DNA of 64,000 nt. Origin: Naegleria gruberi. Its lineage: Eukaryota. This document shows positions 12,001 through 21,258 of this stretch, piece by piece; within the stretch, counting starts at the first letter, position 1, and the number at the start of each line of letters is the position of its first letter. The DNA is taken from NCBI GenBank assembly GCA_000004985.1, contig GG738902.1; one strand, given 5' to 3'. Made by a program: the position numbers and the translations under genes. The notes under the pieces were generated by a model, which was not told where the DNA came from, searched no databases, and saw only the letters and a program-made list of their open reading frames with translations.

Positions 12001-12491
12001 TTGAAAAGTATGGTTTTATCCATTATAGTACAGGTGATTTGTTGAGAGCTGAAGCTGCTAAGGATACAGAACAGGGTAGAATGATCTCGTCATACATTAA
12101 GGAAGGTAAGATTGTGCCTGGTGCTGTTACTCTTGGTTTGTTAAGAAATGCTATTTTGAACCATCCTAAAAAGGATGCTACGTTCTTGATCGATGGCTTC
12201 CCAAGAGAAATGCAACAAGCTGTTGACTTTGAAGCTCATGTCTGTAAATTCAAGTTTGTCCTCTTCTTTGATTGTCCAGAAGAAATTTTGGAACAAAGAT
12301 TGTTAGAAAGAGGTAAGACGAGTGGTAGATCTGATGACAATGCCGAAAGTATTAAGAAGAGATTCAAGACCTATAGCGACCAAACAATGCCAGTTATTGG
12401 ATACTTTAAGAAGACTGATAGAGTCAAGACAATTGATAGTTCAAAGACACAAGAAGAAGTGTTTGCTGAAGTATGCAAATTATTTGATTAA
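9066..12491 (+). CDS. Pyruvate phosphate dikinase (PPDK) fused in frame to a C-terminal adenylate / UMP-CMP (NMP) kinase domain. The N-terminus carries the acylation-type motif MGCGNSKS.
   Basis: The ORF is uninterrupted (1165 aa from 8994; 1142 aa from the in-frame ATG at 9066). PPDK hallmarks: GGKGANLCEM, TGGLTSHAAVVSRQQGKCCVSGC (phospho-His domain), GLCRTEHMFF, FFSIGSNDLTQMTFGFSRDD, GLCGEHGG and the PPDK C-terminus CSPYRIPIARLSAAQ. Without any stop it continues into ICVNGGPGSGKGTQC (P-loop) ... LIDGFPRE ... FVLFFDCPEE ... RGKTSGRSDDN ... KKRFKTY, a complete short-type NMP kinase from about nt 11926 to 12491. Confidence 0.85.
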   Translation: MGCGNSKSTLGVVETVEEKPKQQATVNNTTNTTTAVMTGTLEPEAPKKKDGFCYFFGLDSQTKENLTEGNKDMKELLGGKGANLCEMCNLGINVPPGFTVSTEACEHFSQLHNLATSAGEEGAEKKNLTLPENIQTQVDEYLKKLEQATGKKFTDSYENDTDKVLLISVRSGAAISMPGMMDTILNLGICDKNITQLVKNFGGNEKFAWDSYRSLVQMFGEVVMSVKPEHFEDNIKKQKEKRGITHDSELNLEEIQQIVQDHKLTIFEQTGGEDFPQDVRQQLYRAIIAVFNSWHNKRAVQYRKIHNITGLKGTAVNIQSMVFGNVDERSCSGVCFSRNPSTGENLFYGEYMIQAQGEAIVAGQRTPEKIETLATNFPECNTSLKEISTKLEKHFKDVQDMEFTIEQNTLYMLQCRNGKKTIQASLKIYCDMIDEGLINEREAISKIDATQLNQMLHPFLDDSEKAHHEPLATGLPASPGAVVGRIAFTSEQAIKMSETRKEDGDVILVREQTSTEDLAGMHASQGFLTTNGGLTSHAAVVSRQQGKCCVSGCSLLYVTSEESCTINGTLFNQGDIITIDGSTGNVYGKALKTTRPGISQPDFVRIMDIEKKYRTMSVYANADTSVDAHKAVEFGAEGIGLCRTEHMFFEKTRIVDMRRMIVASTTEKRQEAINVLKDYQRSDFLSLFHAMEGKKVTIRLLDPPLHEFLPEDPQEIEELALALGESVKDVTLTVSQLKEKNPMLGHRGCRLGITFPEITQMQVEAIFEAAIDATHKGEVVVDIMVPLVQSVQELVNQKEIIEKVASSLFAKHEDRKYLIHYRVGCMIETPRAVLMAKELAGVADFFSIGSNDLTQMTFGFSRDDSGKFLKYYLERDLIENDPFEVLDTEGVGKIIQLTVQTGREAKNGLTVGLCGEHGGESHSVKFLYQCGLSYVSCSPYRIPIARLSAAQESVKNWRNVICVNGGPGSGKGTQCAKLVEKYGFIHYSTGDLLRAEAAKDTEQGRMISSYIKEGKIVPGAVTLGLLRNAILNHPKKDATFLIDGFPREMQQAVDFEAHVCKFKFVLFFDCPEEILEQRLLERGKTSGRSDDNAESIKKRFKTYSDQTMPVIGYFKKTDRVKTIDSSKTQEEVFAEVCKLFD

Positions 12492-12514
12492 ATGTAAATA
12501 AATATATAAATATT

Positions 12515-13390
12515 CTAATTTCCATACGTCTCTGCAAACTTTTGAAGTAAATATTGGTAAGCTGTTTTGTTAACAGATTCAATAAAAAACTCCTTGTCTG
12601 GTTGTCCAAAGAATGCAATACTATACCTATCTGATTCATAATTAGACAGGACAACTTGATGAGGAACACTCTTATATTCTTGATCAGTCCATTCTTGCAT
12701 CAAATCTCCACAATTTACAATAATGGCATCTTTAACACAAGGTGCATCAATCATTTCATTAGTGATTCGGTCCAAAACTTTCAAACCACCTGTACTATCC
12801 TGACATAACAATGTTATTGAACCATAGTCAGAGTGAATTCCACATCCATTACTAAATTTTGGAGCACTTGAATCAAGTTTAGGATAATGTAAATATCTCA
12901 AACTATGTTCCATTTCAGAGTGAGCCAGAGCAAAATCATCCGTTTGTTTACTCAATCCTCTCTGTAAATCACCCAATAATTCAATCAATAGACCATGCAA
13001 TTCCAAGAATAGTTTCTTTGAAAATTCCTCAAATCCCTTAACAGAACCATGTTCATCTTCATTAGGAAAATAAACTTTTCCATAATCTACATCCGACTTG
13101 GACATTCGAACATTGTAAGCCTCCTTCAGATCAATGTCCTTTCCATTTAATTTCTCACTATTCGTACTAATGTAACCACTTTCTCCCTTCACTGTATGAA
13201 GTTCTTGTTTCACTTGTTTCGGCAATTCAAAAAACAGTTTTGAAAATTCAAAAGCTTGATCAATTAATGGAATTAATGGATGATCAACAAGATAGAAAAA
13301 TCCGATACTGTTCAGGGCATGTTTAATTTCGTCCAATCTCGTGTCGCTGTTGTATGAAATGATGGGAATTAAAGTTTCGTTTGGTTTCAT
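12515..13390 (-). CDS. 2-oxoglutarate/Fe(II)-dependent dioxygenase family protein.
   Basis: H-x-D...H facial triad (GIHSDYGSITLL; SVPHQVV) and the RxS 2OG-binding motif (DRYSIAFF). The ORF-track start at 13432 is GTG; the first ATG, in an A-rich context, is at 13388-13390. The 3' end lies 23 bp from the PPDK stop (convergent). Confidence 0.7.
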   Translation of the reverse strand: MKPNETLIPIISYNSDTRLDEIKHALNSIGFFYLVDHPLIPLIDQAFEFSKLFFELPKQVKQELHTVKGESGYISTNSEKLNGKDIDLKEAYNVRMSKSDVDYGKVYFPNEDEHGSVKGFEEFSKKLFLELHGLLIELLGDLQRGLSKQTDDFALAHSEMEHSLRYLHYPKLDSSAPKFSNGCGIHSDYGSITLLCQDSTGGLKVLDRITNEMIDAPCVKDAIIVNCGDLMQEWTDQEYKSVPHQVVLSNYESDRYSIAFFGQPDKEFFIESVNKTAYQYLLQKFAETYGN

Positions 13391-13676
13391 TTTTTTGAGT
13401 TTCGTAAGGTAGGTACTTTCCCAAGTCCACACATAACTTGGTTAAAATTCACAGATTTCTTCAATAAATCTTTATTAGAAAGTTCCTTTCCTCAACATTT
13501 TCATCCAATTATTGAAGGGAAGATTTGGCGCCAAAAAATTTCCGGATATTGTAAACTGGTTCTGCTGGTTGCAAAGCATTTTTCCAGCAAAACAAAAGTT
13601 TGTGTTTTCTACCAACTGACAAACCTATTTAAGACGAAACCAATTCGAAACACCACTAAACAAAAACAACAAAAAA

Positions 13677-14900
13677 ATGCCAAAACGTGATTCAGCAAGC
13701 AACAAAGAACAAGTAGTAGAAAACTCAACCGCCACAACTTCAAGACCACCCAACAAGAAACGCAAATCTTCAAGTCAACCAACTTGTGCTGCTTTGGATT
13801 ATTCGATTGAAGAATTGAGAAAACTCATCAATATTACATTATTCACCAGAAGAATGGACAATGATGAGAATGAAAAGAATGCAAAGGATTGGAAACAATG
13901 GAATGAATGCAAAGATGCAGAACTCAATCTATTCGAAAGTAATTCTCGTCTCGTACGAAAGGTTTCTCATATTACGGATTTTGATTTGAGTGAACAATCT
14001 GCTTCTAAAATACGTTTAGGCATTCGAGTTGATAACAAAACAAACATGGATCTGGAAATGCAAGTTTTCATTGATGAAAAAAAGATGAAATCGAGATGTT
14101 GTGAGAGAAATGCCGAAACTTTTATCATTTCCGAAAGGTCAAATCCCCAAACAGTTCATCCATTCATCCTTAAGAAACATGAACAAGCTGAGGACGAAAC
14201 TGAAATTGATAAGGAAGTTCTCAAAAAATTGGGAAGTGTCAAGTTTAAATTTTTCAAAACTAAAGTGACTCGAAAGAATTCCATTTCAATTAATCGTCAT
14301 TTTGAAATCGATAATGAAAATATCAAAATTAAGAGTAGCATGTTGAAGGAAGCTCCAATGTCACTTGGTTTGGGGGAGGGAATCAAGTCAGAGGTTAAAA
14401 GGGGAAGAACGTTAAGTTCATTGAAGGATTTAGTTTTGGAATGTGAAATTAAGTATACTAATCAAATAGGATATTTATTGGAATTGAGGAAGAATGGTAT
14501 TGAATTGGAACCTGCAAATAATAGAGTTCAAGCTACTTCTTCTTCTGCAGATTCAAGTCTTGATGTTATTGAACTATCAGATAGTGAAGAAGAAACTAAT
14601 TTGCCTCCAATTGGAAATTCAACCTCAACTCCATTGTTAAAAGTCTATGAAAATATCACTGAAACGATTCAAGATATTTCTAAAATGGAAGTTGAGGACT
14701 TGTTAAAGTTCATTAAGCGTACAGATGAAAAGTTATTTAATGTAGCCGAAACCCTTTTCAAAGAACATGAAATTAATGGACGTGCCTTTTTGAGTCTCCC
14801 CTCCTCTACAAGCAGTATGCTCGCTTTAGGATTAAAAATTGGATCCCGAGCTAAAATAGAACAAATTATTAAGCAAATTCAACACAATCCACAAAATTGA
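13677..14900 (+). CDS. Basic/NLS-containing protein with a C-terminal SAM (sterile alpha motif)-like domain.
   Basis: The ATG is in an A-rich context. A KKRK NLS-like tract is present. The C-terminal ~65 aa (VEDLLKFIKRTDEKLFNVAETLFKEHEINGRAFLSLPSSTSSMLALGLKIGSRAKIEQIIKQI) fit the SAM pattern. Confidence 0.45.
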   Translation: MPKRDSASNKEQVVENSTATTSRPPNKKRKSSSQPTCAALDYSIEELRKLINITLFTRRMDNDENEKNAKDWKQWNECKDAELNLFESNSRLVRKVSHITDFDLSEQSASKIRLGIRVDNKTNMDLEMQVFIDEKKMKSRCCERNAETFIISERSNPQTVHPFILKKHEQAEDETEIDKEVLKKLGSVKFKFFKTKVTRKNSISINRHFEIDNENIKIKSSMLKEAPMSLGLGEGIKSEVKRGRTLSSLKDLVLECEIKYTNQIGYLLELRKNGIELEPANNRVQATSSSADSSLDVIELSDSEEETNLPPIGNSTSTPLLKVYENITETIQDISKMEVEDLLKFIKRTDEKLFNVAETLFKEHEINGRAFLSLPSSTSSMLALGLKIGSRAKIEQIIKQIQHNPQN

Positions 14901-14918
14901 AAATAAATATATCTATAT

Positions 14919-15959
14919 TTATTCATGCCAAGTTACATTGGGTCTCCATTTGAGGTAGACATTTTGATGATAATCCTGTGAAGCTTGTTGAGATAGCTCA
15001 ACATGTTGATAATCACTCATGAAACTCGTTTGTGCAACTCTTTGAAATGGTTGAATTTTGTTCACACGTTTATGTCTGTACGATGAATGAACACAGGATA
15101 AATAATCCTCCCACATTGCCTTTTCCTTTTCATTGAGTTGAACAGAGTTTGAATTGAGTAGTATTTGAGAGAGTCCATGAATTTGAATTCCTGGTTGATA
15201 ATCAGTATCGTCAAAGAGTGTGCATTCTCTATAATTGAGAATTTGCTGACCATTGAATCCATCATTGTCGAATTTAAAAGGTGTTCCATCATCTCTGAAC
15301 ATGATGAATGTAAATTTGTGATTGAGTGGTGCAATTAAGTCTCGTTTCAACATATTTCCCAATCCCCATCCTTTGAATTTCATTTTCATGAATTGGAGTT
15401 GGCTTATGGTTAGTGATTCTTCTAGAAATGATAGAGGATTTTGGCAGTCTCTCTTTCTAATATTCAATCCGAAACAGAACAGAAATTTGAAATGGAAATG
15501 TTCTTTCCAACTCATTGATTTAATTTCTGGAGAGGCAAACTTTTCCAATATTGATTCGATATCATTCTTTTTTGCTGCTGATGAGCCACATAAATAGTCC
15601 AGTTTATGCAACATTCGGTCAATCTCTGAAAAATCAACAAATTGTTTCGGTGCAGTTGACTGAACTGGTTGTTGTTCATCATCATCAATAGGACGATAAT
15701 AAATCTCCCCTTCAGTGCCATTTCCCAACACTTCTCTATAGTATAGTTTTGCAAATTTTTCACTTTCAATGAATTTCCGCCAACTTTTGCAAACTATTCT
15801 TGGATCGAAAAAGAGGAAAGCAGGTGGAAGAAACAATAAAATTTCATAGAGAATTGGTTCATGATCAAACCAGCAATAGTGCTGGGCAGCAGTATCAACA
15901 ACGCGTTGATAGGTCATTTTTTTTGGAAACTCCTTTCGTCTGATTTTGGTACGAATCAT
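14919..15959 (-). CDS. F-box domain protein.
   Basis: N-terminal F-box-like segment (EPILYEILLFLPPAFLFFDPRIVCKSWRKFIESEKFAKLYY). The stop lies 18 bp from the stop of the SAM gene (convergent). Confidence 0.55.
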   Translation of the reverse strand: MIRTKIRRKEFPKKMTYQRVVDTAAQHYCWFDHEPILYEILLFLPPAFLFFDPRIVCKSWRKFIESEKFAKLYYREVLGNGTEGEIYYRPIDDDEQQPVQSTAPKQFVDFSEIDRMLHKLDYLCGSSAAKKNDIESILEKFASPEIKSMSWKEHFHFKFLFCFGLNIRKRDCQNPLSFLEESLTISQLQFMKMKFKGWGLGNMLKRDLIAPLNHKFTFIMFRDDGTPFKFDNDGFNGQQILNYRECTLFDDTDYQPGIQIHGLSQILLNSNSVQLNEKEKAMWEDYLSCVHSSYRHKRVNKIQPFQRVAQTSFMSDYQHVELSQQASQDYHQNVYLKWRPNVTWHE

Positions 15960-17536
15960 TAAATTAATTGTGTAAAGTTAATTATTTATTAATTATTCAT
16001 CATGTTGAATTTAGTATAATATTGCACATGGTAAAAAAGTGATGAAATTTTCATGTAAGAAACTGACTCGTAGCTCTCTTCTAAAGAGGAAATTTCCCTT
16101 TCTGTATAATTATTCGATTTGATAATTCGTCCTAGAAGGAACTTTCTATTCGAAACAAGTGATCAAAACAAACACCATCTGCAGCTATCGTGCCACCAGT
16201 TCACAACTCAAACTGTCAATTCAACAACTGAAATAACAATCATCCTATCCAACAAGCAACCAATTCACAGCAATAAAAACAAATTCTTCTCCTTTGTGTG
16301 TTAACATATGTGAAAATTATGAATCAATTATATTGACCAAACTCCATTATCAAAGTATCAGATGATATTCAAACCTCTGTGTTTTCATAGTTTTCGTTGT
16401 GTCTTTTGAAAACCATGTTAAACTCTAAAAATAAACACCAAAAAAAAATTGTTATTCACATTTTCACGCGCACTGCTGCTGAACACACAACAATTTTTGA
16501 ATCCCTTTGAGAGTTGTTGAAACTTGCAAGTTGATTTTTGAAAAGTTTGAACACTGTGTGCACTGTTCAGCATATATAGTACCAATATATTGACACATTT
16601 GTTGGTCCGGAAAAATCATTTCATCATTGTATTGATCAATTTTTAGATCATCATCACGGAGAGAGCAAAATATCATATCTCAAGTTGAAAATCATCAACC
16701 AAGTTTGCGTAAGTTTAAGGCTTTTCCAAATCGTGTATATTTATTGATAATCTATGATAATCTGCTTTTTCAAAATCAAATCATATTATAATAATATCAA
16801 ACATATGTTGCTGATGATTAACAACAATAATAATAACAATATTTGAAATTCTACTTATATTTAACCTCTCTATATGTGTGTATTCCTCTATAACGCGGAT
16901 CATATTGTTGTTGTGATGATATATATCTTGTTGTTTGTGTTGTGTGCACAATGTTCTATTTCATACTAAATTGTACTAAATAATCAATTTCTCCTACTTT
17001 CTATCCATACACAATTATTACCTAAACTATATAAATTCAATATATAACCATTATAATAATACTATTTCTACTAATTTTACTACTTTATTATACGAACAAT
17101 ACGAATAATAACAATGGACCACCCGTGAATATTTACCTCATCCTCTCAACTAATATTTGGCTATCAAAAAACATCTAAAATTTCCTCATCATTATCATTT
17201 TAAAAAAAAACGGATCAATCAGAACTTCTCCCTGTCATTCAATAATTTGATAGTTGTTGTTGTTGTTTGAAGATAAAGCTTTTGCTAATAGAATCTCTAG
17301 TTGTATATAGTTAGTTCGTTTCAAGGATTTGTGGATTAACAACACAAAGAACGAGTTGAAAAAACTGTTTTATAGTAATCGTACAGAAGAATTGAATTGT
17401 AACTTGTTGAATATAACAAGAACAATAACATATTCTTACAATATATAATTTATAACAAGAACAACATTTGAGGATCAAATTGTTACTTTGCGAGAATAAC
17501 TTGTTTTTACTACTCTAATTAAAACAAGAGAATATA

Positions 17537-19588
17537 ATGTTGACCAATCATGGAAAATCCGATAATTCATCTTCAGATGTTCTGACGATAGGTAATAATA
17601 ACAACATGTATATCCATTCTGGAGGAGATGATTATTATTTACCTCCATCAGCTGAAAGAGATGACTCTTCAGTTCATTCTGGATCGGAGAGGAATGATTC
17701 ATCCATGTTGGGTAGTATACCTGAAGATATCGATGATGATAATCTTGGTATCAAGGAATATGGAAGTTTTGCACCACAGTCAAAACAAGATTTCTCCTCT
17801 CCAGTATCTTTGAGACCTCCAGTTAGATTCCCTACACCTACTGTCCCTCTGCCACCTTCTCGTCCACCAACTCTCCAATCTCTCTCTAACCCAAGACCTT
17901 CACTCCCACCATCTGTTGCTAATACTACTAATGCAATTTCAACACCATCCCAACAATATCCATCAAGTCCTTCCAATACATTCCAAGAATTCGTATCAGG
18001 TGAAGAATACAAGAGACCTGTTATTCTTTCTCCATATGATGATTCACATTTCCATCTTGTTGATGAAAAGAGCCGAGTTAAACAATCGTCGCCTCCTAAA
18101 AAAGCAACCACTTCAACAAGTACCACATCAAAGACAACCAATTCAAGTACTACTAGTAACAGTATTAATTCTACAAATCATACATCTGCTGCTGTTACTT
18201 CAGTTAAATCATCTAATGGAACAACAACAACATTTGAGCCAAAAAACAATCAAGTAGGTCTAAAGACACTGCTGGCTCAAAAACAACAACAAATGCAACA
18301 ACAAAAAGAAGACAAAATGGAAACTGATGAAAAAACAAAGGAAGATAAGAAGGAAGAAAAGGTCAAGGAAGAAAAGCCTAAAAAAACCACTAAGACATCA
18401 AAGAAAAAATCTAAGAAGGATTCAGATTCAGAATCGGAATATGTGGATGAATCGGAATCAGATGAATCAGATAAAAAACCATCTAAAAAGACTAAAAAGA
18501 AGGAAAAGATTAAGAAACCAACCAAACCAAAAACAACCAAAAAGGAAACTAAAAAAGAGGAAGAGAAAAAGGAAACTAAAAAGGAAACTAAAAAGGAAAC
18601 CAAAAAGGAAACCAGATCAAGTAAGAAGGATATTACTATTCCAAGTCCTAAGCGAACACTAGATCCGAGTGGTTCAGAGAATGAAACCAACGGAGGTGAT
18701 GAGCCAAAATCTAAAAAGAATAAGATTACATCATCAATAATTGATGAACCAATTACTGCTACTATTACTACTAAACCTAGTGTGGAGACAATTAGTGCTC
18801 CTGTTGTAAAAACTACAAGTCAAATTGTTAAAGAGAAATTAGAGGCCAGAAAGTCTCAAACCAGACCAAACGAAGATCCTCCAAAGAAGAAATCTGAAAC
18901 AAAACAAACTCTTGCCAAGAAACAAAAACATACTGCTGATGATAAGATGAAACAAAAGAAGAGTTCAGAGGCAATTTCGTACTATCTGAGAGCAGGTATC
19001 TTGTTTAGTGAAGGTGCTCACTTTTCAAAGGAAGCTTATTTGATTTCATCCAAGGAAAACAAACAAACTTATTTCTTTGATGCAGTCAATTTACTACAAC
19101 AAACTGTTGCCTACTTGAAACAAATTGCTAAAATGGCTCTTCAACATGGTGAAATTCAAAAGGCTGCTCTCACTCATCTGCTGTTATTCACAACTGTGAA
19201 AGTGTGGTTCAAGCTGAAATCAGAAACAATTGTAAAGTATAAGAATTATTTAATGGCAAAAGTTAATGAATTGGGAGGAGCCTCAACAGGCAATAGTCAA
19301 TCAACTTCTCCAGCTGTGACATCCCCTCAATCAGTCTCGACTCCTTCACCAATTCATAGCTCCATGAATGCTACAGAAGGTATTCAGAAAAAGGAAGTGG
19401 AAAAACTTTGTAAAGAATTAGACGTTGTTTCCCAACTTGCTGAACAAGAAGATAATTTAAATCTTCAACTCAAGAACTTTGCTGTATACAGAGAAGATTC
19501 CGAACTAATGATTCGTGTCTATCAGGGAGATCTCATGTTTGTCACAATGTTCATTGAAGAAGAATTGATAAAACTAGATGTGTTTTAA
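17537..19588 (+). CDS. Low-complexity Ser/Thr/Pro- and Lys/Glu-rich protein (acidic SDSESE tracts and 4-5 tandem KKET repeats) with a structured C-terminal domain of unknown function.
   Basis: 683-aa ORF. A 12-nt periodic repeat (aaaaaggaaacy) lies at about 18571-18618. The domain is unidentified. Confidence 0.5.
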   Translation: MLTNHGKSDNSSSDVLTIGNNNNMYIHSGGDDYYLPPSAERDDSSVHSGSERNDSSMLGSIPEDIDDDNLGIKEYGSFAPQSKQDFSSPVSLRPPVRFPTPTVPLPPSRPPTLQSLSNPRPSLPPSVANTTNAISTPSQQYPSSPSNTFQEFVSGEEYKRPVILSPYDDSHFHLVDEKSRVKQSSPPKKATTSTSTTSKTTNSSTTSNSINSTNHTSAAVTSVKSSNGTTTTFEPKNNQVGLKTLLAQKQQQMQQQKEDKMETDEKTKEDKKEEKVKEEKPKKTTKTSKKKSKKDSDSESEYVDESESDESDKKPSKKTKKKEKIKKPTKPKTTKKETKKEEEKKETKKETKKETKKETRSSKKDITIPSPKRTLDPSGSENETNGGDEPKSKKNKITSSIIDEPITATITTKPSVETISAPVVKTTSQIVKEKLEARKSQTRPNEDPPKKKSETKQTLAKKQKHTADDKMKQKKSSEAISYYLRAGILFSEGAHFSKEAYLISSKENKQTYFFDAVNLLQQTVAYLKQIAKMALQHGEIQKAALTHLLLFTTVKVWFKLKSETIVKYKNYLMAKVNELGGASTGNSQSTSPAVTSPQSVSTPSPIHSSMNATEGIQKKEVEKLCKELDVVSQLAEQEDNLNLQLKNFAVYREDSELMIRVYQGDLMFVTMFIEEELIKLDVF

Positions 19589-19705
19589 CAATCCAATAAC
19601 AATACATTCAATAACTTATTTAAATGCAACAATAAATATATAAGATGATTTATTATTATTATGTTGACATTCAATTTAATAATAAATCAAGGTTTGCTTT
19701 CTCTA

Positions 19706-20389
19706 TTAATGAGCTAAACACTTCTCCAAAGTTGGACAATAACTTGGAACCTTGAAAACATCAGCATCTACCTTCTCTGTTTGATCATAATATACAACTT
19801 GCTCATTACCAGTGAATGTAAAAGTATTCACATTCAAAATCCAACATTTTCCACTCTCAATTCGCTCATCATTAAAAACCCAATATTCAGCATCTTGTCC
19901 ATACTTGTTAACAGCTTCAATTCTATTGGCATTATATTGACCAATCTTTCCCTTTGTAATCTTTCCACTCTTTGGAACACAAGATGGTTGCCACTTGCTT
20001 GGATCTGTATTCACTTTCACACATGAACAAATACCTTCGAATGGCACACGATATTCTACACTAATTGTTTCACTAACTTTGAAATCCCACAATGTGAATG
20101 AGTAAACCTTACCAGAGATTGAAAATGAACCGGATTGTCTGATCTTTCCAAGATTGTAATCACCAAAGAAGGAAGAAGAACCTTCAGAAAGAGCCAAAGT
20201 TTGGTTGACATCATTTATGGCCACAATGTTGAAGGATGAGTTGTAGGAGTGGACATTTGGTAAGCAACAATAGTTGTTGTTGCCTTGTTGGTCCATTTGA
20301 CTTTCCAATAGTTTGAAAGAATCGAATGCAGTCAAAAAAGAAACAAGAGTCAAGATGATGAATGAAACAGCAAGAGCTTGTACGTGCAT
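19706..20389 (-). CDS. Secreted protein with an N-terminal signal peptide; possibly ependymin-related (tentative).
   Basis: Hydrophobic N-terminus MHVQALAVSFIILTLVSFLTA, conserved Cys residues, and a C-terminal VFKVPSYCPTLEKC that resembles the ependymin-family C-terminus. The assignment is by eye only. Confidence 0.35.
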   Translation of the reverse strand: MHVQALAVSFIILTLVSFLTAFDSFKLLESQMDQQGNNNYCCLPNVHSYNSSFNIVAINDVNQTLALSEGSSSFFGDYNLGKIRQSGSFSISGKVYSFTLWDFKVSETISVEYRVPFEGICSCVKVNTDPSKWQPSCVPKSGKITKGKIGQYNANRIEAVNKYGQDAEYWVFNDERIESGKCWILNVNTFTFTGNEQVVYYDQTEKVDADVFKVPSYCPTLEKCLAH

Positions 20390-20520
20390 TTTTTTCTAGT
20401 CAACTGAAATATAACGACCACTCCCAATCAGCACAACACACCATCAAATTACAATCTAATAAAATTAGATGAAAGCTCAACAAATAATTTTACAAAACAC
20501 AAAACAATTAATTAAAAAAA

Positions 20521-21105
20521 ATGCCAAAACGTAAAGCTGCTGCCCCATCATCCACACAAACTCTAGAACCGTCATCAAATAAAAAGAAAAAATCGGAAGA
20601 GAAGGTTGAATTGCTGAATAAAATATTGAATGCACTCGAGGAAAATAATGCATTACAAAAAGCCTTGCTCCGACATCTAGGAGGAAAAGTTCCTGCTCTT
20701 CCTTCATCATCAACAGCCAATTCAAATTCAACAAATAGGACTGCAGCAGTTAATTCAGTTTGTGAAAGTAGTGAAAGTAGTGATGAAGATGAAATAGTTA
20801 GTGATGATGTTGCAATATCATCAAAACGTTCGACTATTAAAACAACTTGTCCATGGACAGGTTCAAATCTGCAAGAACCTGTTCAATCTAAGAAATGTAA
20901 ACACGTATATGAAAAGGCAGTGGCTTTCGCAAAATTGAGAACTGGAGGGGGTTATTTTGAATGTCCTATTATTGGTTGTAAGGAATGCAGAATTACTATA
21001 GTAGACCTTGTGGAAAGTCCATCCCTTGCTTTACAAATCAGAAAGGAAATTAAGAGAAAAGAAGAAGAAAAGAGAAAAAAGGCAGAAAGTTCTGAGGATT
21101 GTTGA
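20521..21105 (+). CDS. SP-RING (Nse2/Mms21-like) zinc-finger protein; putative SUMO E3 of the SMC5/6 complex.
   Basis: CPWTGSNLQEPVQSKKCKHVYEKAVAFAKL...ECPIIGCKECRITIVDLVESPSL matches the SP-RING pattern C-P-x-[ST]...C-x-H-x-[FY]...C-P-x-x-G-C. It is preceded by a helical Lys-rich N-terminus. Confidence 0.5.
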   Translation: MPKRKAAAPSSTQTLEPSSNKKKKSEEKVELLNKILNALEENNALQKALLRHLGGKVPALPSSSTANSNSTNRTAAVNSVCESSESSDEDEIVSDDVAISSKRSTIKTTCPWTGSNLQEPVQSKKCKHVYEKAVAFAKLRTGGGYFECPIIGCKECRITIVDLVESPSLALQIRKEIKRKEEEKRKKAESSEDC

Positions 21106-21258
21106 ATTTTAAAATCCACAACCTATATTTTAATTCGTGAAACTGAAAGAAGATTGAGGATTAATTGAGGAATTGGTGAATACAAAATATTTATTCAAGG
21201 GAATTGTGGAATTTTATTTAAAAGGATATTCAACTTGACAATTAGTTTGTGGAATCAT

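Noticed and set aside
18277-18690. Overlapping ORFs on both strands inside the K/E-rich repeat region of the 17537 gene.
   Set aside because: These are alternative frames of a 12-nt periodic low-complexity coding repeat. The long + frame (17537..19588) explains the region.
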